The notes: generated from the sequence alone by a model not told the origin. Positions 51,296-62,639 are shown, numbered from the whole stretch's first letter. The stretch is DNA of 63,516 bases, filler included, from Diploschistes diacapsis (GCA_023645945.1; 20 parts of 20 records of this genome joined end to end with filler, not necessarily neighbours in it); one strand, 5' to 3'. Numbers and translations: made by a program.

Positions 51296-53134
51296 TCAAG
51301 ATGCCGCACTGGGGGCAACTGTGGCTGATGGAAGCGGCGCACAGCAGTTGATCGCCGGTAGGCCGAACAAGCCAACGCCTCCTTCGACAAATTCGATTGG
51401 TGTCGCAACCGCGTTCCAATGATCACGAAGCTCGTGGGCTACTGTGGGGTCCGGGGAGTCTCCGGCTGGATTTGCTCCACGGGAGCTCTCCGCTGTGCCT
51501 GTCTTACGAGGAGGTTTTTTGTGCGCCGATGCGTGGGTGCTTGAATTATGATGGTCTGTACTATATCCCTGGAAGATATCAGAATCATCGTTCAAATCAG
51601 AAGTTGATGCGATGTCGTCCTGTAATAGTTGTGGATAAGTGACCGAGGTCATTACCAGCATAGGAGTGCTCAGCGGAGCCTTCGTTGTTTCTATTGCAAA
51701 GCCATAGGTAGGCTCAGGGACTGCAGACGCCAATGCCGTTAGGGGAAAGCCTAGAATAGCAAGCCAGCGCCCAATCTCAGGACCAGATAGAAATGTAGAT
51801 ATGACCAAAGCGGCACCCACAGGAAAGAGCATTGACGGTATTCCGTTGCTGGCAGACGCCTGATTGTTGGGACCGCAAGCAAAGGTGCTGGTACATCCTG
51901 GGATGGATTGATCTAGGATCAGTGCCGTAGTGTTGTGCTCTGGGGGTGGCACTCCGTTGAAGTCATCGGCCATAGGAGCTGACGCGCGAACGGTCTGAAG
52001 AAAGGCTAGATATATCAAAAATAGACTGATAGAGCTGCGGGCTCCAATCTTCACCTTCGCCATAGACATCGATAGAAAATTTAGTGCTAGAGGAAGTATG
52101 GCCATGTTTTGATTCATACTTAGCCGGTGTAACAACCATGAACGGCTATCGCTGTGATGCCTCTCCATATCTTCGCCTCTTTCTCCTACTATACTAGATC
52201 CGCCTTCGCCTTTGAAGTCGGCAATATCACACGAATCATTTGTTTCACTAACGCGCGTCAGGATCGCCTCTCTTCGGGTCCAATCGTTCGATACAGGAGA
52301 CGCATGTGCAGTGTCAAAGAAGACTGATGCGAATGATAGGACGGAGTTTTCGCACAGGAGCAGTGCTGCCGTTGTTGCAAATGCTGTTCCCCATATCCAT
52401 TGAATCGATAAGTTTTCTGTCTCTCCTGATGATCCTGAGGTCAGGCCTCCTCCTCCTCCTCCTCTGATTCTGCCGCCCTTCTTATCGGTAGCATTATTTC
52501 GAATTGCCAACTCGAACTTGAGGGCGCTGGTTTCTATGCCCACATCTTTTAAGATCTCTGGCTGTACCTTGTCAGTATCCATTGCGGCTCTCGCTAATGG
52601 CGAGCCCAAACATGCAATCAATGTCAGGTGAAAAGGTCGGCTTCTTGAAACTTGGATAGTAATCATCAAACTAGCGAGCGTAAATAGACTGTTCGATCTC
52701 AGTCGATTAGCTTCTAAAAACTGCCCCATGGCACCTGGACCTGGCTGATGTAGAAAAGGCCAAGAGGAAGTATCTTCAGCGAGACCAGCCACCACCGTAG
52801 TGATGACATCGGTAACCTCATTAATAGTGTTTTCAATAGTGCAGGCCTTCTTAGAATAGGCGTCGTGCGGGACAGTCAAAAAAACCTCAACCGGGATTTC
52901 AAATAGTGCGATATTGGACGCCGCTTGGTGTACAGTTTCAGAACTGAATGTGACCATAAATACGGGGTCATGGTGTCTAGCATCCATAGTGCCCTGGCTA
53001 ATCGCACCAGCGGAAGTTGTATCAAGGTGTCGACCTTGAGATGTGGTGATGGATGGTGCCGATGGAGCATAACCTGCTCCTGAAGTGCTCATGTGACCCC
53101 CAATAAGACATAGTATTCCTAGAAGTCCTAACAT
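51296..53134 (-). CDS. 612-aa single-exon secretory-pathway hypothetical protein with four repeated hydrophobic-hairpin modules
   Basis: Long uninterrupted ORF filling the HEM2-CIA1 interval, with good ATG context (CCACAATG), an N-terminal hydrophobic leader and N-glycosylation sequons. No recognised domain. Confidence 0.75.
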   Translation of the reverse strand: MLGLLGILCLIGGHMSTSGAGYAPSAPSITTSQGRHLDTTSAGAISQGTMDARHHDPVFMVTFSSETVHQAASNIALFEIPVEVFLTVPHDAYSKKACTIENTINEVTDVITTVVAGLAEDTSSWPFLHQPGPGAMGQFLEANRLRSNSLFTLASLMITIQVSRSRPFHLTLIACLGSPLARAAMDTDKVQPEILKDVGIETSALKFELAIRNNATDKKGGRIRGGGGGGLTSGSSGETENLSIQWIWGTAFATTAALLLCENSVLSFASVFFDTAHASPVSNDWTRREAILTRVSETNDSCDIADFKGEGGSSIVGERGEDMERHHSDSRSWLLHRLSMNQNMAILPLALNFLSMSMAKVKIGARSSISLFLIYLAFLQTVRASAPMADDFNGVPPPEHNTTALILDQSIPGCTSTFACGPNNQASASNGIPSMLFPVGAALVISTFLSGPEIGRWLAILGFPLTALASAVPEPTYGFAIETTKAPLSTPMLVMTSVTYPQLLQDDIASTSDLNDDSDIFQGYSTDHHNSSTHASAHKKPPRKTGTAESSRGANPAGDSPDPTVAHELRDHWNAVATPIEFVEGGVGLFGLPAINCCAPLPSATVAPSAAS

Positions 53135-53371
53135 TGTGGTAGTGACAACAGCTCAACAGACTATGCTGTGAACAAGGTTTATAAAGACAACGAGGCAGTC
53201 TTGTTCAGTTGAATATATTTGGATATGGAGTGTCAAAGGTCGGGTGTTGATGGAACAGTAGTGGATTGGGCAAATGAGGAAAGAGACGAGCGGTTAGAAG
53301 CCATCTTATATGATTGCATAGCGCCGAATTACTGCGATAATTGAGGTGAAAGAAAGATTCAAGATAGTGAA

Positions 53372-54709
53372 TCATGGTGTGAGCGCCCACACTTTGACTC
53401 CTCCATCATCGCCTGTACTAATCAGTATTTCTTCGCTTTCATCATGCTTCCCTCGGTCCGCTCGCTTAGCCCAAGCGATGTGATTCACCTCAAAGACATC
53501 ATGAGCGCCATCGAATTCCGCAACAACAACCCACTCGGTCACGTTGGCGGCCTGTGGCAGCGCACTCTTGTCATACCCAGTGACGTCCATCGGAGCACCC
53601 CCTTGACTCTCGCCATTTAGAGCGTCAGTCTCATCCTTCATTCCCGGGCCTATAGCGATAGGGTCCTTCCGCCATCGCTCCTCGTAGACTACAATTTTCC
53701 CATCACCTCCAGTACTGGCGATTCTTCCCGACTTCTTGCTCCACGAAATTGCATAGATTGCTCTATCATGTCTCTTTGGTAGTTGCGCTTCTTCCAACCA
53801 GTCTTCCTCTATCGAGCCCGTCCTTATTATGCTCAATTTGCTCTGTTCTGGGCCCTTCTCCCTTGGTACTCTCCGCCAGATGCGTATAGTTACATCATCC
53901 GAACAGCTTGCGAGTCTTGGGCCACTGGTCTTCCGCCTTTCAATCCAAGCATTGCGCTCAGGGGTTTCGCCAGTAGATGCCATTAGGCTTTCGGTGATGC
54001 TCAAGGCTTCCCACTCGACCATCCATACTGTGCTACTGTGTCCTTGTAAGAGGCTTATGCATGTCCAGTCGTCAACATCGTTCTTCCATAGCCTGACGTC
54101 GTCATCGTAACTGCAACTAGCCAGCATTTCTTCTTCGGGATGCCATGAGACACACTTTACATCGCCAGAGTGCTCTTGAAGGACCGCAACAGTCTCGTAA
54201 TCATCTTCATCCATCTCTTCCCAGATCCATACACTCTTGTCCCTCGAGCAAGTAGCGAGCAAGTTCCCACCAGCATTCCAGGAAACACCCTTTACTTCGG
54301 AGTCATGGCCATCTAGGACAAGTGCAAACCTCCATTCCTCGTCCTCCTCCTCTTCTTGATTTTCTCCCTCAAAGTTCGCGTCTGTGAAACCCACTCCATC
54401 CCCACCGGTCACATCGTGGTCCTTTCTCCAGACTCCGACACTCGAGTCGAAACTCCCTGTGGCTAAGGTGCTTTCATTCTGCAAATTAGGCTTCCAAGCA
54501 CATGTTCTTATGCTGCGCTTATGTCCCCCAGTTATTGACGAAAGTTGGGTGAAGGAAGTCAGGGAATATATTCGTACAGTTCTATCAGAAGCGCATGTTG
54601 CTAAGATTGGTAAATATGGGTGAGGAGCCGAGATCCACGCACGAGATAAAGGAGTGGGCGACATAGAACCGACCACCTCTAGCTGCAGCGGTAGAATTGG
54701 ATCGTCCAT
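53372..54709 (-). CDS. CIA1: Cytosolic Fe-S protein assembly WD40 protein
   Basis: GGHKRSIR, LATGSFDS, LDGHDSEVK, LATCSRDKSVWIWE, VLQEHSGDVKCVSWHP, AHDVFEVNH and STGDDGGVKVW. Confidence 0.95.
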   Translation of the reverse strand: MDDPILPLQLEVVGSMSPTPLSRAWISAPHPYLPILATCASDRTVRIYSLTSFTQLSSITGGHKRSIRTCAWKPNLQNESTLATGSFDSSVGVWRKDHDVTGGDGVGFTDANFEGENQEEEEDEEWRFALVLDGHDSEVKGVSWNAGGNLLATCSRDKSVWIWEEMDEDDYETVAVLQEHSGDVKCVSWHPEEEMLASCSYDDDVRLWKNDVDDWTCISLLQGHSSTVWMVEWEALSITESLMASTGETPERNAWIERRKTSGPRLASCSDDVTIRIWRRVPREKGPEQSKLSIIRTGSIEEDWLEEAQLPKRHDRAIYAISWSKKSGRIASTGGDGKIVVYEERWRKDPIAIGPGMKDETDALNGESQGGAPMDVTGYDKSALPQAANVTEWVVVAEFDGAHDVFEVNHIAWAKRADRGKHDESEEILISTGDDGGVKVWALTP

Positions 54710-55245
54710 TGAGTGCGATTAATTGGATTTTGAATAGAAAAAAATATTTAGACCTATCAATTTATTCCAAGAAGACCTACAGAGCTTTGAAGAAGGCATC
54801 GTTTCTCGGTAGGAGGGAGGAAAACTAAAGAATTCTTCGTACAGGATAAGTAGTTCCACCTATATTTAGGGTGCTGGAGCGAAGCGACTCATGTTCCGAA
54901 AAAGTGAGCAAGATATGAGTTCATGCGCTGTAGATGGGCTCTTAAGAACTGCATGTTCTTAAACGCTATCTACTGAAATACCAGAGCATAAGGTATATAC
55001 CTCTCCCCTACCGAGTAGGGAAAAATCCTTCATTCAAGCAAGATCGAGTTTACTAAGCGGAGTAGCAATCAGACAGCCATTTCTTCCCCAGTCAAATCAT
55101 TGTCAGAGTTCTCTCCAATAGACAGATTTTAACTACGTAATGTAAATCACATATCCCATTCCGCCGATACAAAAGATGGCCAAATTATTCCCCGTTAACT
55201 GCTGAGCTTTGAGTCTCAAAGAACGCTCATAAGAAGCCCGCAGCA

Positions 55246-55652
55246 ATGGCAGACTACGAGACCGAGCGCCAGGCAAATATCCAGCGCAATAAAGCTCTGA
55301 TCAAGTCCCTCGGCCTCACCAGCGCAGCCCGCGACACCACAGCGTCCAAACAGCCCCCAGTGAAGAAGCGCAAAACCATCGTAACCGAGGCTCGGCCAAC
55401 GCGGTCTTCAGCACGCATTGCATCTGCTCCGAGGCCCACATACACCTCCCCCTCTCCTCCACCAGCCACCTCTCGCACCCGCAACAATGCCAGACCGTCG
55501 CGTTCCCTCAAACAGGAGTCTCCCACATTGGAAGAGCCCGCATCGCCCTCCCTCGAAGCCCTCATAGCCTCCTGGTCCTCCTGGACCCTCACCGCCCCAC
55601 CGCCCATCCGCGACGAAAGTACCGGCATCTTCCACTTCCCCTCCCACCCCAC
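55246..55652 (+). CDS. 5' part of a conserved fungal hypothetical protein, truncated by the contig end
   Basis: YETERQANIQRNKALIKSLGL, basic NLS-like segment, PTRSSARIA and PIRDESTGIFHFPSHP. The ORF is open to the gap and divergent from CIA1. Confidence 0.75.
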
Positions 55653-56600
55653 NNNNNNNNNNNNNNNNNNNNNNNNNNNNNNNNNNNNNNNNNNNNTTAA
55701 TTAATTAANNNNNNNNNNNNNNNNNNNNNNNNNNNNNNNNNNNNNNNNNNNNTAGGAATATTATAGAAAATCTAAATTAATTAAATTAAGGCTTTAAAGC
55801 CCTCTACGCCCTAATATAACCCCCAAAAAGCAGTTATTACACCCCCTATCCAGCCCCTATACCTCCCTCGCCGCCTTTTCCTTTTCTTATAAAGGCCCTC
55901 TACCCCCGTCGTCGCTTTAGAAGGGAATTACGCCGCCGCGACAAACCTCCCTATTCTTTAAAACGACGCGCGGAGTTAAATATAATAACAGACTAAATAA
56001 AAGGCTTATAACACCGTTCACTAGTTCTGTTATCGTCGTCGCCACCGACAACACCCCGAAGTTTTTAACGCAGGCCTCCACTTTTTCTTCTTTTTTAGTT
56101 TCCTTTTTTTTTCCTTTATCCTTTTCTAGCCCTTTATCACCTTACTTCTTTTTCCGTAGCCAGCCACTTAGGGTATCCCTATCTTTCTTTTTTAACGGCG
56201 ACGACGTAACGTCTTTGTTTATAAAATCAGCGCTAGCGACGAAACGCGCACGATAACCGAACCGAGAGAACGCGTCGTAATCGTAAGAAACGAGTTTCAC
56301 CACGGTAGACAAGCGACGGAAACGAAAAGCTATTAAAGTTAAAATAGAGGAGAAGTGTAAAGGGTAGAATACGACAATGTGCCAAGATGGCTATACGCAG
56401 GGCAGGTTCATGCTAGGACTAATTACTAAGAGGAGAGAGTAAGAAGGGCAAAATCCCCCTTCAAGTACTAGTAAGCTAAGACCCTGAGCGCCGCTTGTCC
56501 GACTTTTGGCATGCTCTTCGCTTAATTTTATAATTATCTTTCTTTTTTTTGTTTTAGTTCTTTAGCATCACGAAAAGTTTTTCAAGCCAAAAAAAATTTC

Positions 56601-56712
56601 TGGCGAAAGTGCCTGTTTCGCGGGTTTCGCCCATTTCGCCAGCTTTCGCCAAAACGTTTGGCGAAACGTGGCGAAACTGGCGAAACCGGCGAAACTTGGC
56701 GAAACCGGCGAG
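56601..56712. repeat. Array of GGCGAAAC units in both orientations; probable DNA-transposon subterminal binding sites
   Basis: About four TTTCGC(C) units followed by about six GGCGAAAC units at 9-10 bp spacing. Confidence 0.6.
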
Positions 56713-57063
56713 GCCAATCAATTTATTACGTAATCAAAAAATAAAAAGGCATTTTTTTAATATTTAAAAAAAAAAAAATTTCGAAAAAAATATTAAAAAA
56801 TCTACTAATTTAGCGCCGGATAACTAGCGCTAAGAACTCGCTAAAGCTCTCACGCTACGAATATCCACGCTTACGTAATATAAAATACGCCATTCTTAAT
56901 ATTTTCGCGACAATATATAGTACCTGTTCAACCCCGTTAAATCCGATACCACTAGTACTAATCNNNNNNNNNNNNNNNNNNNNNNNNNNNNNNNNNNNNN
57001 NNNNNNNTTAATTAATTAANNNNNNNNNNNNNNNNNNNNNNNNNNNNNNNNNNNNNNNNNNNN

Positions 57064-57802
57064 CGAAATAATATTATCATTTAATTAAAAACAAATATTA
57101 AAATATTAAAATAACGTTAACGAGCCTACGGCGGTCGGGAATAAAAACCTCGATATATCTTAATAATAACTTCGTCGGTTATAATATTTCGTCTTCTACG
57201 GACACTATTACGACCTCTACACCTTTTATATTTAAATCAAATATTTCAACGACAGCCACCTTGCCGCCGACTCACAAAGACATAATGAAATCAATCTACC
57301 ATATCGACAAATCTACAGCTCAACTTAATCAGAACCTCGGATTTAGTTTTAAAAATTATTGCTACGTTACCGTCTCCGTTCGCCTAAATTTAAATAAAAA
57401 TACGTATCGATTCTATCTCGATAACGGATGCACGATATCATTTATAAATAAAAAATTCTTACAGAAATACAAGCTTAAGGCGAGGATACTTACGATATCG
57501 ATACCGATAGAAATCATTAACGTTAAAAAAAACAAGCATTCGGCCTCGAACTTTATCGTATTAAACATGTTTTTCCCAACCAACGAAGGAAGATTTACGT
57601 AGATTCAGAAAAAGTTATATATCGTAAATAATTTACGAGTAAACGTGTTTATCGATATCGATATATTATATTTAAAATAATTTATCGTCGACTTTTAAAA
57701 ACAAATTACTATTATCGGAAACTACGCCGGCTTAAAAATTCCGATCTTAGTTATAACGTAAAAGAAAATTACGGCTATAGTATTTTCTTAAAATACATTT
57801 AT
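57064..57802 (+). mobile_element. RIP-degraded Ty3/Gypsy aspartic protease region
   Basis: FYLDNGCTISFINKKFL (LDSGC), then LYIVNNLRVNVFIDIDIL. Confidence 0.75.
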
Positions 57803-58274
57803 TGTTTGGCAACGTAATGGATGTATTGAAGTCTAGAGGTCTATCTAGGAGGTTATCTTACTTTGCAGACTTTTATCCTTATGGGATACGCTAAGCCCTA
57901 TTACCTACATTATTCCTAAACCGGTCTAGTTGGGATTCTAAAAGGTTCAGTTAAACTGAACCTCCTTCTGGAACTTAATTAGATTCTTAATTATATCTTT
58001 TGCCTATCTGTTCAACATTTTTTTATAGGCGGAATCGTCCGGCATGACTATATAATCTAATTAGATATCTTTTGGATTAGATCGAGTTTCTTAATAAAAA
58101 CGTCGTGTTTCGAGTAATTTAATAATTTCGTAAGCTTATTAATAACCATTTTATCGGTAGGGATATAAGACACCCTAATACGTTTTTGCTTAATAAGATC
58201 TCGTACGTGATAATAAGTAATATCGACGTGCTTGAAACGATCGTTGATATTCGCGTGTTTTATTAGATTTAGAG
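57803..58274 (-). mobile_element. Ty1/Copia RNase H end plus 3' LTR (57803-58017), a diverged relative of 27994-28900
   Basis: Minus strand reads KHANINDRFKHVDITYYHVRDL; the LTR starts TGTTGAAC and ends CCAAACA. Confidence 0.8.
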
Positions 58275-58447
58275 NNNNNNNNNNNNNNNNNNNNNNNNNN
58301 NNNNNNNNNNNNNNNNNNTTAATTAATTAANNNNNNNNNNNNNNNNNNNNNNNNNNNNNNNNNNNNNNNNNNNNGTGGATAGTATGATAGGGAGAATAAA
58401 TATTAGAAAACCTTAAGAAATTATAATTATAATAAGGTAGAGTCTGT

Positions 58448-58915
58448 TGTTACGATCCAAGGTACTAGTCGGTAGTACTTAGCACGCAACAGCTAGTCGG
58501 GCATTTCTCAACCATTTTTTATATATAGACCAACCACGGATTAGGGGTTACGTGACTGATAAACTTCCGTTAAGTAGATATTTATCGGGGACAGATCTAT
58601 CGGGATAGATATTTATTAATAATAATTCTATTACGATAATTCTATTATCGATAACTAGCTATCGTTTTAAATTATATAAAAACGTCGTTACGGCCTTTAT
58701 AAATCCGGAACGTGTTTATTTTTATAAATATCTTTAATTATTATTTAGGATCAATCTATATTCGTTATTTCTATCCTTAAAGAGCTTTCTTTCTAAAGAT
58801 AGTCTAAGACCTATAACTACTCTACCTTCTTCTCCTACTTGCACTCCTCTTCTAACAGAGACCAAACCCACCTTGACTCTACTTGTGATACCTTGTATAG
58901 ATAGAGATCATAACA
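58448..58915 (+). mobile_element. LTR family B, full length
   Basis: TGTTACGATCC...GATCATAACA ends. Confidence 0.8.
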
Positions 58916-59685
58916 ATAAGGAGTAGGATTTACTTGCTCGATTAATTTACTCGATGCCTACGCGAATTCAGGCTGTATACGACGCGCAGAGATAACAAAC
59001 AAAGTATTAATAGATACTACGAATAAAGGGCATCAAAATAATCTAAAAAGCGCATTTGTAGGACATTATTTGGGTGCGCATCGCATCTCCAAAGTTGATG
59101 ATGTCTACTATAATTTAGATAAGGACCATTACTTTTGGCACGTGACTGTATGTTATGCACGTACACAGCCATCCCGCCCCCTCTGCGGGTCTTGAGGAGC
59201 CCCCCTTTAGCCCAGCCCTCATCCCCCAATTCACACCTATAATTAGATGGGGATCCACACAACTTTCTTTCTTTCTAAGTTCCCCCCTCCATGGGACTGA
59301 AGTCGGGTACTGCAAAAGTAGCAGGTTTTCTCCAGAGATGTCCCATTTCTTCGACCCACTGCCGGACATCCAGTCCGAGGCCGACCGAAGCATTGTTTTA
59401 GGAAGCGGGAGGTTGGGAAGGTGAATTGGAGGTGCCTACGTTACACACTGTTACACAAGGAAAATAGAATGGGGATGGAAGCATGGGTATTGATATCGTG
59501 GGCTACTACTGTGGGGGCCCCCTATTCGAGACGAGTTCTTGTGAAGTCCATAGTTGGTAAGTATTGCTTGGTATGGGGATGGGGGNNNNNNNNNNNNNNN
59601 NNNNNNNNNNNNNNNNNNNNNNNNNNNNNTTAATTAATTAANNNNNNNNNNNNNNNNNNNNNNNNNNNNNNNNNNNNNNNNNNNN

Positions 59686-60050
59686 GACCCTGCCGTGTCT
59701 TGGCAAGCACCTGGGCATTGACCCTGCCGTGGCTTGGCAAGCCCCTGGGCACTAACCCTGCCGTGGCTTGGCAAGCCCCTGGGCACTAACCCTGCCGTGG
59801 CTTGGCAGGCCCCTGGGCTGGGCTGTATCAGGAGGGCACCGTTAAGTAATGTAGGTGCCAGACCTACCGGGGTTCGAGGACTACCCATCTACACAGCCAC
59901 CCCCTGACCCTGCCGTGTCTTAGCAAGCACCTGGGCATTGACCCTGCCGTGTCTTGGCAAGCACCTAGGCATTAACCCTGCCGTGGCTTGGCAAGCATCT
60001 GGGCATTAACCCTGCCGTGGCTTGGCAGGCCCCTGGGCTGGGCCGTCTCA
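59686..60050 (-). mobile_element. Two nested, largely unmutated family A LTR 5' halves with 34-bp tandem repeats
   Basis: LTR 5' termini at 59830 (TGATACAG) and 60050 (TGAGACGG) on the minus strand. The repeat unit is ACCCTGCCGTGGCTTGGCAAGCMCCTGGGCAYTR. Confidence 0.8.
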
Positions 60051-60333
60051 AATTATTAAAAAATAAATATTATTTAAAAATATTTTGATAAATACACGAA
60101 TACGATAATAAATTTATTAATACGAATATTACGATTAAAATTTTTAAAACACGAATATTTTTACGGATATTATATTATAATAAAAACATAAATACGGATA
60201 TTACGACTAAAAATTTTAAAATACGGATACTTCTACGGATATTATACTGCAGTAAAAACACGGACACGGACACTACGACTGAAAATTTCAAAACACGGAT
60301 ACTACCACGGCCGTGTCCGTGACGGCCAGCCTA
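60051..60333. mobile_element. hAT-like transposon end with subterminal repeats
   Basis: AAAACACGGACAC repeats ending at ACGGCCAGCCTA; same family as 30620-30905. Confidence 0.6.
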
Positions 60334-60466
60334 CTTTTGGCCTAGTACTAGAACGCCCCTACAGGAATACTACACAACCAGGGGCTGAGCCTAATCTGGA
60401 AGGATCACGTCTAGCTGCAATCTGTAGGCTGAATGGTTCAGATTCGAAAAGGTGAAGAAGGAACTA

Positions 60467-60896
60467 CAGTCACGTCCCAAAAGTAATGGTCCCTCCACCA
60501 AAACACACCAAAAATTTCGCATTTCAGGAAGCTCCCAACTCATCAATTAAAGGTTTTAGGAGTTGAAAAGATTATAACGGCCATTTAAAACTACGCTCAA
60601 TATATATAAATTCTTTTAAAAAAACTCCATGCGATATAGAGTGATTAATAACACGATAAACTTTTGAAGTGTACCGCTGCCGCCAAAAATCGCGGCAACG
60701 GTACGTTCTCGATCTTTACAACGTAATTACTTCCGTTATAGCTTTAATAATTTCAAAAAAAAACAGTAGAATAAATATTCATCTTATTATAAAAAGCTTG
60801 AATATTTTTTTAGATTTTTAAAAGGCTTATGGGTGGTATAATAGCTCTATGAAATAGACGCATTTTGGTGTAATTTGGGGGAGGGTCCATTACTTT
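60467..60896 (+). mobile_element. ~440-bp Tc1/mariner-type MITE inserted at a TA in an LTR
   Basis: Imperfect ~45-bp terminal inverted repeats (CAGT..CCAAAAGTAATGG.CCCTCC.CCAAA..ACACCA). Positions 60661-60896 are near-identical to the reverse complement of 63280-63516. Confidence 0.8.
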
Positions 60897-62043
60897 NNNN
60901 NNNNNNNNNNNNNNNNNNNNNNNNNNNNNNNNNNNNNNNNTTAATTAATTAANNNNNNNNNNNNNNNNNNNNNNNNNNNNNNNNNNNNNNNNNNNNGTAT
61001 TTAACGGTAAGAAACAAATAATTAATTAACAATAAAACGGCGATATCGTAATATAAATATAAACTAACGACGCGATAACGAAAAAAACGATAAAAAAAAT
61101 AAGAAAACGAAAATTAAACGTATCGAAACGTATTTCATATTTATATATATATCTATCATTTAATATAGCTTTAATTTTTAATTTTCTATATATTAAAATC
61201 TTAAATTATAATTATAACTTTAATTTATATATAAATTTATTAATAAATCTAAGTATTTATATTAAAAATGGCTTCTCCACCTGCGCCACCGCTAAAATTT
61301 ATGACCGTTAATATTTCGGTCAGAATAACTGCGCCCGAGCCTTTGCGCCCTTTTTGCGGGTCATAATCACTATCCTCCTGAATAGTGCACCTATATTAAA
61401 TTATGTCAGATTATTATTATGCGTCGGGAAGTAGCCTCCAAGCTCCTAAGTGAAGCAGTAAGTATTAACTAAAAAATCTAGGCTTAAAAAACTGGGTAAA
61501 TTTATTCGGGGTTGCACCCTCAAACCCAAGCTTTTTTTATTCGTGGGGATTGCATCCTTGTTACGATCCGAGGTTCCGACCTCGTCACGTCCTAACGATA
61601 TTTCATATATAGTTTATGGCAAAGGTGACACCGGTCACGTGACTTGCTTACTATTCGCGTTTATTTTATAATAAACGGCGAGCAGAGGTCGCCATTCGTT
61701 TAACGATCGCGTTTATTTTTATAAATAACGGATCTCGCGGGTAACGCTCGGCGGGCTTACGATAAATAATAAACGGTACGCAAGTTAGCTATATAAAAAG
61801 GAGTTACAATCCCGTTAAGAATAAATATATTCATTATTTATTATTATAAACAACCTTGTAATCTAAACAAAGAATAAAATTTATTAATATTTTTTTATTA
61901 GAGTAGCCGACCACCATAGAAGATGTACCACCATATGAAATGCTTTTCGTATGTTACTCGCATTCAACGCGCAACCATATCGCAATAATTATTTAAAATA
62001 TTTAATAAAATATTTAATCGTAAAATTTATATAACTTAACGTA

Positions 62044-62206
62044 ACGTGTTTCACGGTTAGCTCGGCCACCCCCAAAGCGCAGCTACTTCAAATCACTACC
62101 GCTAACATTTTACGGTTTTTAAATATAACCTATTCGTCGTAATTAGAATCCAATCGATCTAAATCGAATCTATCTTCTTCTTTTTTATCTTCTTCGATTT
62201 TAGAAA
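62044..62206 (-). mobile_element. pogo/Fot1-type transposon terminus
   Basis: TA|ACGTGTTT terminus; homologous to 2790-2947. Confidence 0.65.
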
Positions 62207-62306
62207 NNNNNNNNNNNNNNNNNNNNNNNNNNNNNNNNNNNNNNNNNNNNTTAATTAATTAANNNNNNNNNNNNNNNNNNNNNNNNNNNNNNNNNNNNNN
62301 NNNNNN

Positions 62307-62639
62307 ATTATATATTTAATTATCTTTTGGCGCGTCGATAAAATCTATTTTTTTAATTTTCGGTAATAATTCGAGGTCGTTTTAAGCGATCGAAATTATA
62401 TTGTTTATTATCGCGTTTTAAAGCTTTTTTTTTGATATATTAGGTTATAAAATAAGAAATATTAAGCTTTTAAACAGTATTTTTAAGAATATTACCGTTA
62501 TAGAGGGCGCCGAGGAGCTCCGAACGCTCGAAGGGCTTTAAACGACGTTGTAGTGGCATAATTAAAAGAATAATAGCAAGAGTTGAATATTTATTTATTA
62601 CCGCTTATGGTGGACCTAACTACTTTTGGCCTAGTACTG
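62307..62639. mobile_element. RIP-degraded Tc1/mariner-type element end
   Basis: Terminus ...CCGCTTATGGTGGACCTAACTACTTTTGGCCTAGTACTG|TA, matching the MITE at 7157-7263. Confidence 0.75.

Noticed and set aside
58916..59585. Non-RIP sequence with short ORFs next to an LTR
   Set aside because: No recognisable coding or RNA signature; probably ordinary flanking intergenic DNA.
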